The notes under the pieces: generated by a model
Database searches by the model: none
What the model saw: the letters and a program-made list of their open reading frames with translations, nothing else
What the model was told of the DNA's origin: nothing
Assembly: GCA_039208735.1 (NCBI GenBank)
Contig: JBCCQY010000020.1
Location: 1 to 64,000 of the forward strand
Direction of reading: 5' to 3'
Origin: Myxococcota bacterium
GTDB lineage: Bacteria; Myxococcota_A; UBA796; GCA-2862545
DNA length: 64,000 bases
Program-made: the position numbers and the translations under genes
Part shown: piece by piece, positions 10,036 to 19,303 of the stretch
Layout of the letters: every line of letters begins with the position of its first letter
Position numbering within the stretch: the first letter of the stretch is position 1

Positions 10036-10058
10036 CAAACGCAACCCAGTTGCATTTG
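10036..10058. promoter_or_regulatory. palindromic operator, putative Zur (Fur-family) box
   Basis: CAAACGCAAC-CCA-GTTGCATTTG (10-bp arms, one mismatch), about 40 bp upstream of the COG0523 remnant. Confidence 0.65.
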
Positions 10059-10289
10059 CCGTTGCGGATCACCATCGCAGCGAGCAGGAAGCACTCCTGG
10101 GCGGAGCGAGGCACGAGCTTCGGCCCGGGTCGAGCGGAGTCGATGTCCATGGCACGGAGGGCTGCGCTTCTGTCCAGTTCAACGCTCCCCTTTCCGACCC
10201 TACCACCGTGTGGAATCGCTTGAGCGAGGTGTTCCATTTCCTATCGATGTATAGTAAGATGTTTGGACACACGGAAAAGCGGAGGAACC

Positions 10290-11981
10290 ATGGCTCCACG
10301 GAACGGGTGGTTTGGGCTGCTGCTCGTCGTGCTCGCGCTCTCGGCGTGCCGCCGTAACGAGGCGGCCGACGGACGAACATGGTGGGAGCGTCCGGGGCTC
10401 GGCATCATGTACATGACGGAGTGGCGGGAGGGCTGGGGTTGGGCTCGTAACTTCGATGATTTCAACGCCAGTATTTCGGATGACGAGGGCAACCTGGACT
10501 TCCAGGGTCCGTTCCCTCAGACCGACGATTGGGTGGCTCTTAGCCGTGATCTCAAGATTGACTATCACTTGATTTGGGCGAAGTGGCACGATGGCATCTG
10601 CTACTGGGACACCGAACAGACGGACTGGAAGACCGAGGTCGACTATATGGCTCCCTTCGCCAAGAAGAGCCGCCGAGCCCGCATCCCCTTCATGTTCTAC
10701 TACTCGACGATCTTCGACCATAATCCCCAGTTTGACGACATCCAACCAAGTCCGAATACCTGGTCGGTGATCCTCAGTACTGAACAGCCAATCTACGAGG
10801 ACTATCTGCGGGCCCAGTTTGCGGAACTCGTAGAGACCTACGAGCCAGATGGCCTATGGTTGGATTGGTACTCGGCGGACCGCTCGACTTCGGTGAGTAT
10901 CGAGTGGTTTGAGGACAATGCACCGGACACCCTGCTGACGTTCAACCAATCGAGCTATCAGGCCTCAGAGTCTGCAGACCTGTTGTCGTTTACCTCCGGG
11001 GAGTCGCACTATGTTCGCCGTCCCGAAGCGGGCGTTGAAGACTTGGTGGGCGTTCTGTACGGGGGGGCGTGGGAGCAAGCCAATCGCAATCGTGCGGAGT
11101 TCGACCACCCTTGGGAGTTGGTCGGTCCGTTGGGCGAGTTTTGGCAAACTCCGGAGATTCGGAGTGACCGCGACGAACTCGTTCGGATCGTTGCGATCAC
11201 CTTGGCCAGTGGGGGACGCTACGCCATGGGCGCGATCGCGCAAGCCGACGGCAGCATTCGCCCCGATCATGTAGAGCAAGCCCGTTGGGTGGCGGATTGG
11301 TACGAACCCCGACGCGATCTGTTCCAACCCGCGCGAGCGTTGCCGTACCCAGGAGATCGCCCGCCTGGGGTCGACGTACCGAAAGGCTATCAGGCGATCG
11401 CGAGCCAGCTTGGCGCCGACACGTTGCTCCACGTCATCAACATGGACGGCCAGTCCGGACCGGTTCTCCTGACGCTCGATGCGGACCGATGGGGGACTGG
11501 CGAAGGGCTGTACCTCGAGCCCCAACACACCTCGGTGACCGCAGAACAGATGGATGGTCAGCTCCGGTTGACCCTCGATCCTGCGGAACGGGTCGACACC
11601 ATCGTTCGGGTCGAAGGCTTGACCTTGGATCCAGCTACGTTTGAGGCCCCTGACGGGAATGACGGTTGGATCCCCGATCCCAAATCCGTCACGACCTGCA
11701 TCGATGGGACGGGTCCGTACGGTCCCATCTGCCCGGAAATTGCGTCTTGCACTTGTTCAGCGTGTGCCCAGGAGCTGGAGGAGTGTGAGACCGATGCGGC
11801 TTGTGTAGCCATCGTGCGTTGCGCGCTCGAAACCAATTGCCGAGGTGCGCTTTGCTACGCGGCCGACACCTGCCAAGCGGTCATCGATGAGCATGGAGGA
11901 CTCACGAGTCCCTCGCTTATCCAGGCCGCCGCGGTGTCGACCTGTAGTGATGAGGCCTGCGGCATCTGCGATGAACCCTGA
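10290..11981 (+). CDS. alpha-L-fucosidase-like (GH29) lipoprotein with Cys-rich C-terminal domain
   Basis: Lipobox LSAC; AKWHDGICYWDT, ELVETYEPDGLWLD; Cys-rich tail; GGAGG RBS before ATG 10290. Confidence 0.85.
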   Translation: MAPRNGWFGLLLVVLALSACRRNEAADGRTWWERPGLGIMYMTEWREGWGWARNFDDFNASISDDEGNLDFQGPFPQTDDWVALSRDLKIDYHLIWAKWHDGICYWDTEQTDWKTEVDYMAPFAKKSRRARIPFMFYYSTIFDHNPQFDDIQPSPNTWSVILSTEQPIYEDYLRAQFAELVETYEPDGLWLDWYSADRSTSVSIEWFEDNAPDTLLTFNQSSYQASESADLLSFTSGESHYVRRPEAGVEDLVGVLYGGAWEQANRNRAEFDHPWELVGPLGEFWQTPEIRSDRDELVRIVAITLASGGRYAMGAIAQADGSIRPDHVEQARWVADWYEPRRDLFQPARALPYPGDRPPGVDVPKGYQAIASQLGADTLLHVINMDGQSGPVLLTLDADRWGTGEGLYLEPQHTSVTAEQMDGQLRLTLDPAERVDTIVRVEGLTLDPATFEAPDGNDGWIPDPKSVTTCIDGTGPYGPICPEIASCTCSACAQELEECETDAACVAIVRCALETNCRGALCYAADTCQAVIDEHGGLTSPSLIQAAAVSTCSDEACGICDEP

Positions 11982-11995
11982 TTGGAGGCTGCAGG

Positions 11996-13180
11996 ATGCG
12001 ATGGACATTCCAAGGGCCGATGCTCTCCGCCCTTTTTGCTTGCGCTGGGGAGGTGGAACCGGCGGACATCGAGGTCAATCCGTTTGCGGCGGACACGAGC
12101 CCCATCTACGAAGCGGCTTCGGCCTGGCTTTGTCACCCGGACCTTGAGGGCCCTGCGGATGCGTGTGCCGCCAACCTGGATACCACCGTCGTCTATGCGG
12201 ATGCAAGCATCGAGATCGTGCCGTTTGAGCGGGACCCATCCCCCACCATTGACTGCTTTTACGTCTACCCCACCATCAGTCTTGATTTGCAGGGCAATAG
12301 CGACCTTACGCCGGGTGAGGAGGAGTTCTTCGTCATTGCCACCCAGGCCGCTCGTTACGGCGCGGCATGCCAGGTCTTTGCGCCTGTCTACCCGCAGACG
12401 ACCCTCGCTGCGTTGGAGCTGGGCATCGGAGATCCAGATCCCGACGTCGCCTACGCGGGGGTGGCCGAAGCATTCCGACACTATCTCGCCCAGGACAATG
12501 AGGGTCGCGGCTTCCTTTTGGTGGGACACTCTCAGGGCGCTGAACACCTTACGCGGCTCGTTCGAGAGGTCATTGAGCCCGAACCCTACGCACAGCGGCG
12601 GATGGTGGCGGCGCATCTGCTGGGTGCGTCGGTCGACGTGCCGGTGGGCGCCGTCGTTGGGGCGGCGCTGAAGGAAACCCCTCTTTGCTCGAACACCGAT
12701 CCGACCGGATGCGTTGTCACCTACGCCAGTTTCCGCGCCAACGCGCCGCCGGTGGCGGGTGACCCCTTTGGCGCTTCGACATCGCCTGGCACCGTGCCGG
12801 GGTGTGTCAACCCGGCTTCCCTCTCGGGTGAGGCGGGTGAACTCCTCAACCACTCAACGACCATCACACTGCCTGCCTTCGCGATGGAACTTGGGCAGCC
12901 CCCAAGCCCGTTCTCCGACCCCGATGCCCATCCGCCTATCACCACCCCGTTCGTACAAATGCCGGGCTTGTTGTCGGCCAGGTGTGTCAGCGACGAGGTG
13001 CGGTCGTACCTGGCCATCGAAGTCCTTGCCGATCCGCTTGACCCCAGAGCCGACGACATCGGTGGGGATTCCGATGAGGGATGGGGCCTCCATCTTGGCG
13101 ACGTCGCGTTGGCGCAGGGAAATCTCGTACAGCTTGCGCTGGAACAGGGAAAGCAGTGGAGGAGTGCTCATCGACTGTGA
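11996..13180 (+). CDS. DUF3089-family alpha/beta hydrolase lipoprotein
   Basis: WLCHP, DCFYVYPT, VFAPVYPQ, GHSQG, WGLHLGD. Confidence 0.88.
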   Translation: MRWTFQGPMLSALFACAGEVEPADIEVNPFAADTSPIYEAASAWLCHPDLEGPADACAANLDTTVVYADASIEIVPFERDPSPTIDCFYVYPTISLDLQGNSDLTPGEEEFFVIATQAARYGAACQVFAPVYPQTTLAALELGIGDPDPDVAYAGVAEAFRHYLAQDNEGRGFLLVGHSQGAEHLTRLVREVIEPEPYAQRRMVAAHLLGASVDVPVGAVVGAALKETPLCSNTDPTGCVVTYASFRANAPPVAGDPFGASTSPGTVPGCVNPASLSGEAGELLNHSTTITLPAFAMELGQPPSPFSDPDAHPPITTPFVQMPGLLSARCVSDEVRSYLAIEVLADPLDPRADDIGGDSDEGWGLHLGDVALAQGNLVQLALEQGKQWRSAHRL

Positions 13181-13223
13181 TCAGACTCGCGCAAGCGTTG
13201 CTTGCTGCTGATCTACCTATGGG

Positions 13224-13239
13224 CCTATATTAATATAGG
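13224..13239. promoter_or_regulatory. perfect 16-bp AT-rich palindrome (candidate operator)
   Basis: CCTATATTAATATAGG, 20 bp upstream of the SDR start. Confidence 0.5.
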
Positions 13240-13259
13240 ACTTTAGCAGAATCGGAGTC

Positions 13260-14084
13260 ATGAAGATGAGGGACCTGAGGGATCGAGTAGCGGTCGTGAC
13301 CGGTGCGGGATCGGGCCTAGGCCGTGCACTGGCCTTGCGCCTCGCCGAGGAGGGATGTCACCTTGCACTTACCGACGTCGTGGCTGAGCGGCTCGCCGAT
13401 GTGGCTCAACAGGTCGAGGGGTTGGGATGTCGAGCCACCACGCACGTTTTCGATGTCGCGAAGCGAGGTGCCTGGCCCGACGTAGTGGCCGATGTACGGT
13501 CTGCCCACGGTGGCGTTCAGCTCTTGATCAACAACGCTGGGGTGTCGCTTGCCGGTCCGTTCTCTTCGTGTTCCCTCGATGACCTGGAGTGGCAGCTTGG
13601 CATCAACCTCTATGGAGTGCTCTACGGCTGCCATGCCTTCCTTCCTCATCTCCTTCAACAACAAGAAGCTCGAATCGTCAATGTCTCGAGCATCTTCGGC
13701 ATCGTCAGCGTGCCGGACAACAGCGCCTATTGCATGGCAAAGCACGCGGTGAGGTCACTTAGCGAGTCGTTGTGGCTCGAACTGGCGGACACGTCGGTAG
13801 GCGTCACGTGGGTGCATCCCGGAGCCATCGCAACTCGCATTGTCGAGGATGGTCGAAGATCGGGGGCTCGCATGACCAAAGAGGCTTCGCGGCAGCTGAT
13901 CGCCTCTGGGTGGTCTCCGGATCGCGCCGCTAACGTAATCGTGGCTGGCATTCGACGAGGTCGCCGACGGATCATTGTGGGCCCGGGAGCATCGCGCCTT
14001 GCGATGCTGCAGCAGTTCTTTCCGGTTGGCTACCTCGACACCGTTCTTCGGACGTGGCGCGGAAGATTTACCGCCACCTCTTGA
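13260..14084 (+). CDS. classical short-chain dehydrogenase/reductase
   Basis: TGAGSGLG, NNAG, VSS, YCMAK, HPG. Confidence 0.95.
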   Translation: MKMRDLRDRVAVVTGAGSGLGRALALRLAEEGCHLALTDVVAERLADVAQQVEGLGCRATTHVFDVAKRGAWPDVVADVRSAHGGVQLLINNAGVSLAGPFSSCSLDDLEWQLGINLYGVLYGCHAFLPHLLQQQEARIVNVSSIFGIVSVPDNSAYCMAKHAVRSLSESLWLELADTSVGVTWVHPGAIATRIVEDGRRSGARMTKEASRQLIASGWSPDRAANVIVAGIRRGRRRIIVGPGASRLAMLQQFFPVGYLDTVLRTWRGRFTATS

Positions 14085-14195
14085 CGTCGCGGTTCGGTGC
14101 CTCTACCATCGCAAAGCTTATCGATATATAGGTTTGGGTGTTTACCTCTTCGAGCTGCATGCGCTGGCTGGAGGAGCGTCCACAAGGAGGTTGCG

Positions 14196-17000
14196 ATGGA
14201 TTCGTTGCGTACGACTCGTCGGCAAGGGGGTCAACCGATGACTCTGACTGCGCTCACGGCACTGTTGGGCTGCCTGCTGGGGCCAGTGGGGGCGCAGGCC
14301 CAGACCTACCGCACGGACGTGGAGTTGGGGAATCCGGTTGAGGTCACGGCCGGCGACGTGACCCTGCGGGTCGACGCGGGCTCCTGGGTGGGGTGGGCCA
14401 CCTACGACATTCACTACTTTCGGGCCACCTGCACGGAGGGAAACCAGGACTGCTCGGATAAGGTGGATTGGTCGACGACCTACGGGCACTTCGAGCACGT
14501 GAGGACCGCCGCAAACGATGGCCTTGAACTCACCGAGCTTCGGGTCTACTCGCCAGTCTACCGTCCACAGAACCGGTTCAATCGGTCCGTCGTCATGTGG
14601 TCCTCGGATTTGGACGCACGCAGAGATCGTCAGGCGGTAAAGAACAACCCCACCACGGGAGTGCTGACGCTGTCGTATCGGGGTGTATCGATCGAGGTAC
14701 CGCTTACGGCGTACTCGATCCTCGATGAAGACAATCCGCTTCCGGTCGCTTGGAATCAACCGGCGAACTTGAAGACGCTCTTCGGCGTGGGCTTCGGGGA
14801 CCCGGGTTCCGATAGCTACCTGGGATTGACCGAATTCATCCAGGGCGACTACCTGAATGACTTGACCTACCAGCAGGGCCAACTGCAGGCCATGAAGTCC
14901 GTGTCAGACCGATTGAAGGCCGAGATTATTGCTTGGCATCAGGGAAATCAAGAGCCCTACATCCTTCCCGAAAGCGTCTTTGACTACACCAAGCCGGCCA
15001 CCGCCCGCCCCTCGTTCACCTCACGCTCGTTGTCGGGGCCGCGCCAACGGTGGAAACTCGTCCGTTGGACGGACGTGGATGCCGAATCGATGGCTCGGGC
15101 GCTTGAGACGCGTCCCGCCGACCCCTATGAGAACGTGCGCCAAGTGGGGGGACGCGGTCTCTTCCCCGACGCGAATGCGACCTACATTCGCTACAATTAT
15201 GTCGCGCCGTTCGACTCGACCCTGATTATCAAGGGCCAGTTCCCACACGCGCGATTCATGAGTTTCGAGAATAGCCAGCCCCCCATTCCCTCGCAGCCCA
15301 CGGGAACTGCGGGCTCCGGTGGACCGGAGGTGCCGATTACCGACGCGGACATTTTGCCCGACCCTGGAAGCATCAACCCGTTTGTGGCGGGTGCAGACCG
15401 GACGGCCACCCAGCGCGACTACACCGTCGCGTTCCACCATCCGCTGACGATGATCACGGATGCCAGCGGTAATCTCGTGGATGATCCACGAAAGGGCATC
15501 GATCTGAACGAGCAAAACTGCCCGGGTTCGTTTCAGGAGAGCCGTCCGGCGTATCGGTGCCACGAGCCTGCCCTTTTCATGCCGGGGATTCCGCGGTCGA
15601 ACGTGCGCATTGCAGGGAACATGCGTACGGGAGGTGGCATGACGGATGGGGAGCTTCTTCCTGCTTAGTTGTGGCTCCGCTATTATGCGCCCGATGCACC
15701 TACTGGCGTCGTTAACTACGATCCCTACGGTGGCGTGGAGATTCCCATCGCCTACTTTGAGGCCACCTGGAACGGACAGACGTACCGTTGGGGGCTTGAG
15801 CTGGTTCGGGGGCCCGGTTCGGCCATCAATGCAGAGGATGACGGCGAACAACGGGACCGAATCGTGCGTTTTCTCTCGTCCCCGGTGTCACCCAACGATC
15901 CTCCTCTGACTGTGACGCCGGCTTCTGTTGGCGCGGGCAGTGCCGTTGGTTTCACGAAAGGCTTTCACATTCCGCGGGCGTTCGCGGTGGCGGCGGCGAA
16001 GGTTGCCGAAGCTCAGGGGGGCTTGCTCGCCTTGCTTCTGACCGACGAGAGCCTGCGAACCATCGACGCGAAGGCTTTCGGCAAGGGGTACGCGAAGCTC
16101 AACGGAAAGAAGAAGTTGGGGGGAAATGCGACCGGAGGGGTGTTGCCCGTGGCAGGGCCCGGAACGTACGAGTCGCACTCGACGGCCTCGAATTCGATCC
16201 ACTACACGGGCCGTACAATGGCGGTGGAGCAAGGCTACGTGGTCGTCGTGACGGGTCGAGCCCCGACCACGCCGACGACCCTAGGCGGTGATGCGACCAT
16301 GGGGGCGGGCACTGACATGCGCTACTGGTCGTTCACGCACTACTGCACAGGCCCTGTGCTGGACGATGCCACCACCATCTTGCGGACGTCACCCTTCAGC
16401 GGGTTGAACTGTGGCTCGTTGCAAGACGAGCAAGTCACGACCGTGAGCCGAGGCGATGAGGAATGGTACGCCATCGTCTTGTCCCAGCCCGAGGATCGGC
16501 CGAGCCTGGCCACCAGGGGACGAGGATTCACCTGGCAAGATTGGGGCCCGACGCCCGTGCAGCCTACCGGCTTCCGATGGATGGCGATTGGCGAGCGCCC
16601 GGGCGTAGACCAGCCTGGTGAGGCGTGGGCGAATTACGGCACGCTCGGTGACACAGTGGCCAACAGTAGCGTGATTGTGCCAGACATTGAGAACCTTCCC
16701 TTCGTCACCTCATTTGGCGAGGGCAGCTGTGGCAATGATTGGCGGGAATTGTGCGCGAAAAGCGCCGATCCTTTGGCACCGCGTGGGTATCAGGACCTCG
16801 ACACCAGCTGGAGCGCCCGCACGCGGACCGATGAAAATGATGCGTTCACCTTTATCGGCAAGAATGAGCGCACGGAGTCCGTAATGAAGGACTACCATCC
16901 CGAGTATCACTATCTGACGAAAGAGCAGTTTGATGCTTTATCGTCTGCGGAGCGTCGTCCATGGGACTTTGGTGGTGGACAGTATAAGACGGGGTGGTAA
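14196..17000 (+). pseudogene. large secreted hypothetical protein interrupted by a single in-frame TAG (15666-15668)
   Basis: ORFs ending at 15668 and starting at 15669 abut in the same frame (GELLPA*LWLRYYAPD); RBS and signal peptide only on the first part. Confidence 0.7.
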
Positions 17001-17033
17001 CCAGCTTGCCGTCGCTGAGCGACGGCAAGCTGG
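17001..17033. repeat. perfect 16-bp inverted repeat immediately after the stop codon
   Basis: CCAGCTTGCCGTCGCT-G-AGCGACGGCAAGCTGG. Confidence 0.9.
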
Positions 17034-17339
17034 CCCGCGTAGGCCTGCAGGCGCAGAGCGCCGAAGGCCAGCGGGTGTCCGTCCTTTGCACACCTTTGGT
17101 GCGGAGCGACGGCAAGCTGGCCCGCGTAGGCCTGCAGGCGCAGAGCGCCGAAGGCCAGCGGGTGTCCGTCCTTTGCACACCTTTGGTGCGGAGCGACGGC
17201 AAGCTGGCCCGCGTAGGTCTGCCGGCGCAGAGCGCCGAAGGCCAGCGGGTGTCCGTCCTTTGCACACCTTTGGTGCAGAGCGACGGCAAGCTGGCCCACG
17301 AGGTCTGCCGGCGCAGAGCGCCGGAGGCCAGCGGGTGTC
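17017..17339. repeat. tandem array of an 87-bp structured unit (about 3.7 copies)
   Basis: GAGCGACGGCAAGCTGG recurs at 17017, 17104, 17191 and 17278; the intervening sequence is nearly identical. Confidence 0.95.
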
Positions 17340-17384
17340 TAAACAAATCTGATCAAAACTAAAAATAAGGCATTTGGAGGACCC

Positions 17385-18269
17385 ATGGTTCGATGGTCGG
17401 TCCTAGGGACCCTGGTTGCGTGTGCTCCCCCTGACGCGGAAGACGTGCCCGCCGAAATCGGCGAGGCTACCGAGTTTCTGTTTGCGCACTTGGATGATGA
17501 GGATCCGACGGCCATCCAGCGGGTCATTGCGGAAACCGTCCTGCCGTTTGTCCTCCAGAAGCTCGACGCCATTGACGATCCGTCCGATCCGATGGATCCC
17601 GGCTACTACACCGATCTGCAGCCCTTGCCTGAAGGGAGCTTGGGTGACCTGTCGATGCCCGAGGGCACGACCTCGGCGGATCAGCGCGTTCCCGTGGCTC
17701 GGGTTCGGAGAACCACGAACCGCGCGGCGGACTTTCGGGAGTTGGCGGCGGTTACGGACCGCACGTGCATTGAGTCCGAGACGACGCATTGGGCGGAGCG
17801 GTCGTTTCTGACGGACGCGGATTGCTATGCTCGAGGGGATTGCGATTGGCTGTCCGCCGTCCAGCCCACCTTGAAGGTCAACCCGTTGGCGTCCATTTGG
17901 TACGACCAACATCTCGAACAACGCGAGCTGCAAGTCGAGGTGGATGGTGCATCATTCGATGCGACGTTGGCCCGTAGTTTTCTGACCGAGCGTTGGTTTT
18001 CGCGCAATGGAAACAACCAATGGGATCAGCTTTGGACGTTGGACGTAACGGTCGACCGGCCTGACGGGGCCGTGACCTGGAACGCCTACTGGAGTGCGCT
18101 GCAAGTCACCTTGCTTAGCGATGCCATTTTGGCATCGAGCATTCGTGCAGGGATGGTCGAGGCGGGGGCGTGGGCGGATCATTTTGTCGAGCAAGGGGTC
18201 GCCCATCCTGACTGCCCTCATGAGCGAGGACAGCCGATGCCGGAACGGTGGTCCAATGAACCGGGGTAA
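17385..18269 (+). CDS. hypothetical lipoprotein
   Basis: GGAGG RBS, lipobox LVAC, 294 aa. Confidence 0.8.
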   Translation: MVRWSVLGTLVACAPPDAEDVPAEIGEATEFLFAHLDDEDPTAIQRVIAETVLPFVLQKLDAIDDPSDPMDPGYYTDLQPLPEGSLGDLSMPEGTTSADQRVPVARVRRTTNRAADFRELAAVTDRTCIESETTHWAERSFLTDADCYARGDCDWLSAVQPTLKVNPLASIWYDQHLEQRELQVEVDGASFDATLARSFLTERWFSRNGNNQWDQLWTLDVTVDRPDGAVTWNAYWSALQVTLLSDAILASSIRAGMVEAGAWADHFVEQGVAHPDCPHERGQPMPERWSNEPG

Positions 18270-18334
18270 CGGCAGGCTTCGTAGCCTCATCGTGGAGCAG
18301 GGGCCCGGTCAGGACCTTCGAGAGGACGATGTCG

Positions 18335-19303
18335 TTAAGGCCTTGACCGGAGCCACGTGATGGTGTCCCGCAACGTGGTGTCCCCATCGGGCGGGCTCCA
18401 CCCTAGGCGATCGGCGAAGCGCGTCCGAAGACCCCACCAGTGGCGTCCCATTTCAACGAGCACGGGATCGGGAATCCCGATGGGCAGCGCCAATCGGCGC
18501 TGGACCCGGGCGGCGGTGTGCACGACACGCCAGGGCAAGACCCATTGGGGGGCTCGAACCCCGCCGATGCGAGCGATGCGATCGGCGAACTCCCGAAGCG
18601 AACAGGCCGTCCCCGGGAGGTGAACGACCGGGGGTGGAGCGGGGTCTGAGGCCAGGGTGACGAGGGCCTCCGCTGCCGCCCGGACGTCGACCCAGTGCAC
18701 GCCACCTTCCACCAGGGCCGGAAGTCGTCCGTCCAAGATTCGGGTCACGTGGCGAGCGGAGCGGCCCGTCGGATCGTCGGGCCCCAGCAGAATCGGGGGT
18801 CGAACGATGATCAAGGGCACGCCAAGCTCGTCGGCCCGAGCGCGCGCCTGCCGTTCGGCCCTCACCTTCGACGCATAGTAGGGCCAATGCTGGACGCGGT
18901 GCCAGACGTAGGGGCTTTGTTCATCCGCCCAACCGTCGGGGTCGTCGAACACCCCGACCGTGCCCGAGGTGCTCACGAACACGACCCGCGCTCCGAGACG
19001 CGCCGCAAGTTCGACGATGGCTACCGTGCCGTCGACGTTCACGCGGTGGGTTTCCTGGGCCTGGCCTCGGGAATGGTCGACCTTGGCGGCAAGATGCAGG
19101 ATGGTGTCCACGCCATCGAGCTTGGGATGCCCGGCCCAGGCTTGTGGACGCTCGATCGCGCCCGGAATCTGAAACACGCCGTCTACAGGTTCCGGACGAC
19201 GGCACAATCCCACGAGCTGGGTGTCCGGAACGCGTCGTTGCAACGCCCGGACCGTGTGTCGACCAAGCAATCCGGTGACGCCGGTGATCAACACTCGGTT
19301 CAT
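18335..19303 (-). CDS. extended SDR (NAD-dependent epimerase/dehydratase, DFR-like)
   Basis: ITGVTGLLG, HLAA, VSTS, YYASK, RPPILLGP; ATG 19303 overlaps the upstream TGA. Confidence 0.9.
   Translation of the reverse strand: MNRVLITGVTGLLGRHTVRALQRRVPDTQLVGLCRRPEPVDGVFQIPGAIERPQAWAGHPKLDGVDTILHLAAKVDHSRGQAQETHRVNVDGTVAIVELAARLGARVVFVSTSGTVGVFDDPDGWADEQSPYVWHRVQHWPYYASKVRAERQARARADELGVPLIIVRPPILLGPDDPTGRSARHVTRILDGRLPALVEGGVHWVDVRAAAEALVTLASDPAPPPVVHLPGTACSLREFADRIARIGGVRAPQWVLPWRVVHTAARVQRRLALPIGIPDPVLVEMGRHWWGLRTRFADRLGWSPPDGDTTLRDTITWLRSRP

Noticed and set aside
13260..14084. Classical SDR as the alkyl-DHAP reductase of the ether-lipid operon
   Set aside because: It lies 4 kb away on the other strand and shows only generic SDR motifs.
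15666..15668. Genome-wide TAG reassignment
   Set aside because: TAG ends several otherwise complete genes in the window.
17017..17339. CRISPR array
   Set aside because: Whole 87-bp units are near-identical, with no unique spacers and no cas genes in the window.
16852..17362. Repeat-protein ORFs in several frames
   Set aside because: They result from the 87-bp (multiple of 3) stop-poor repeat; there is no RBS or frame preference.
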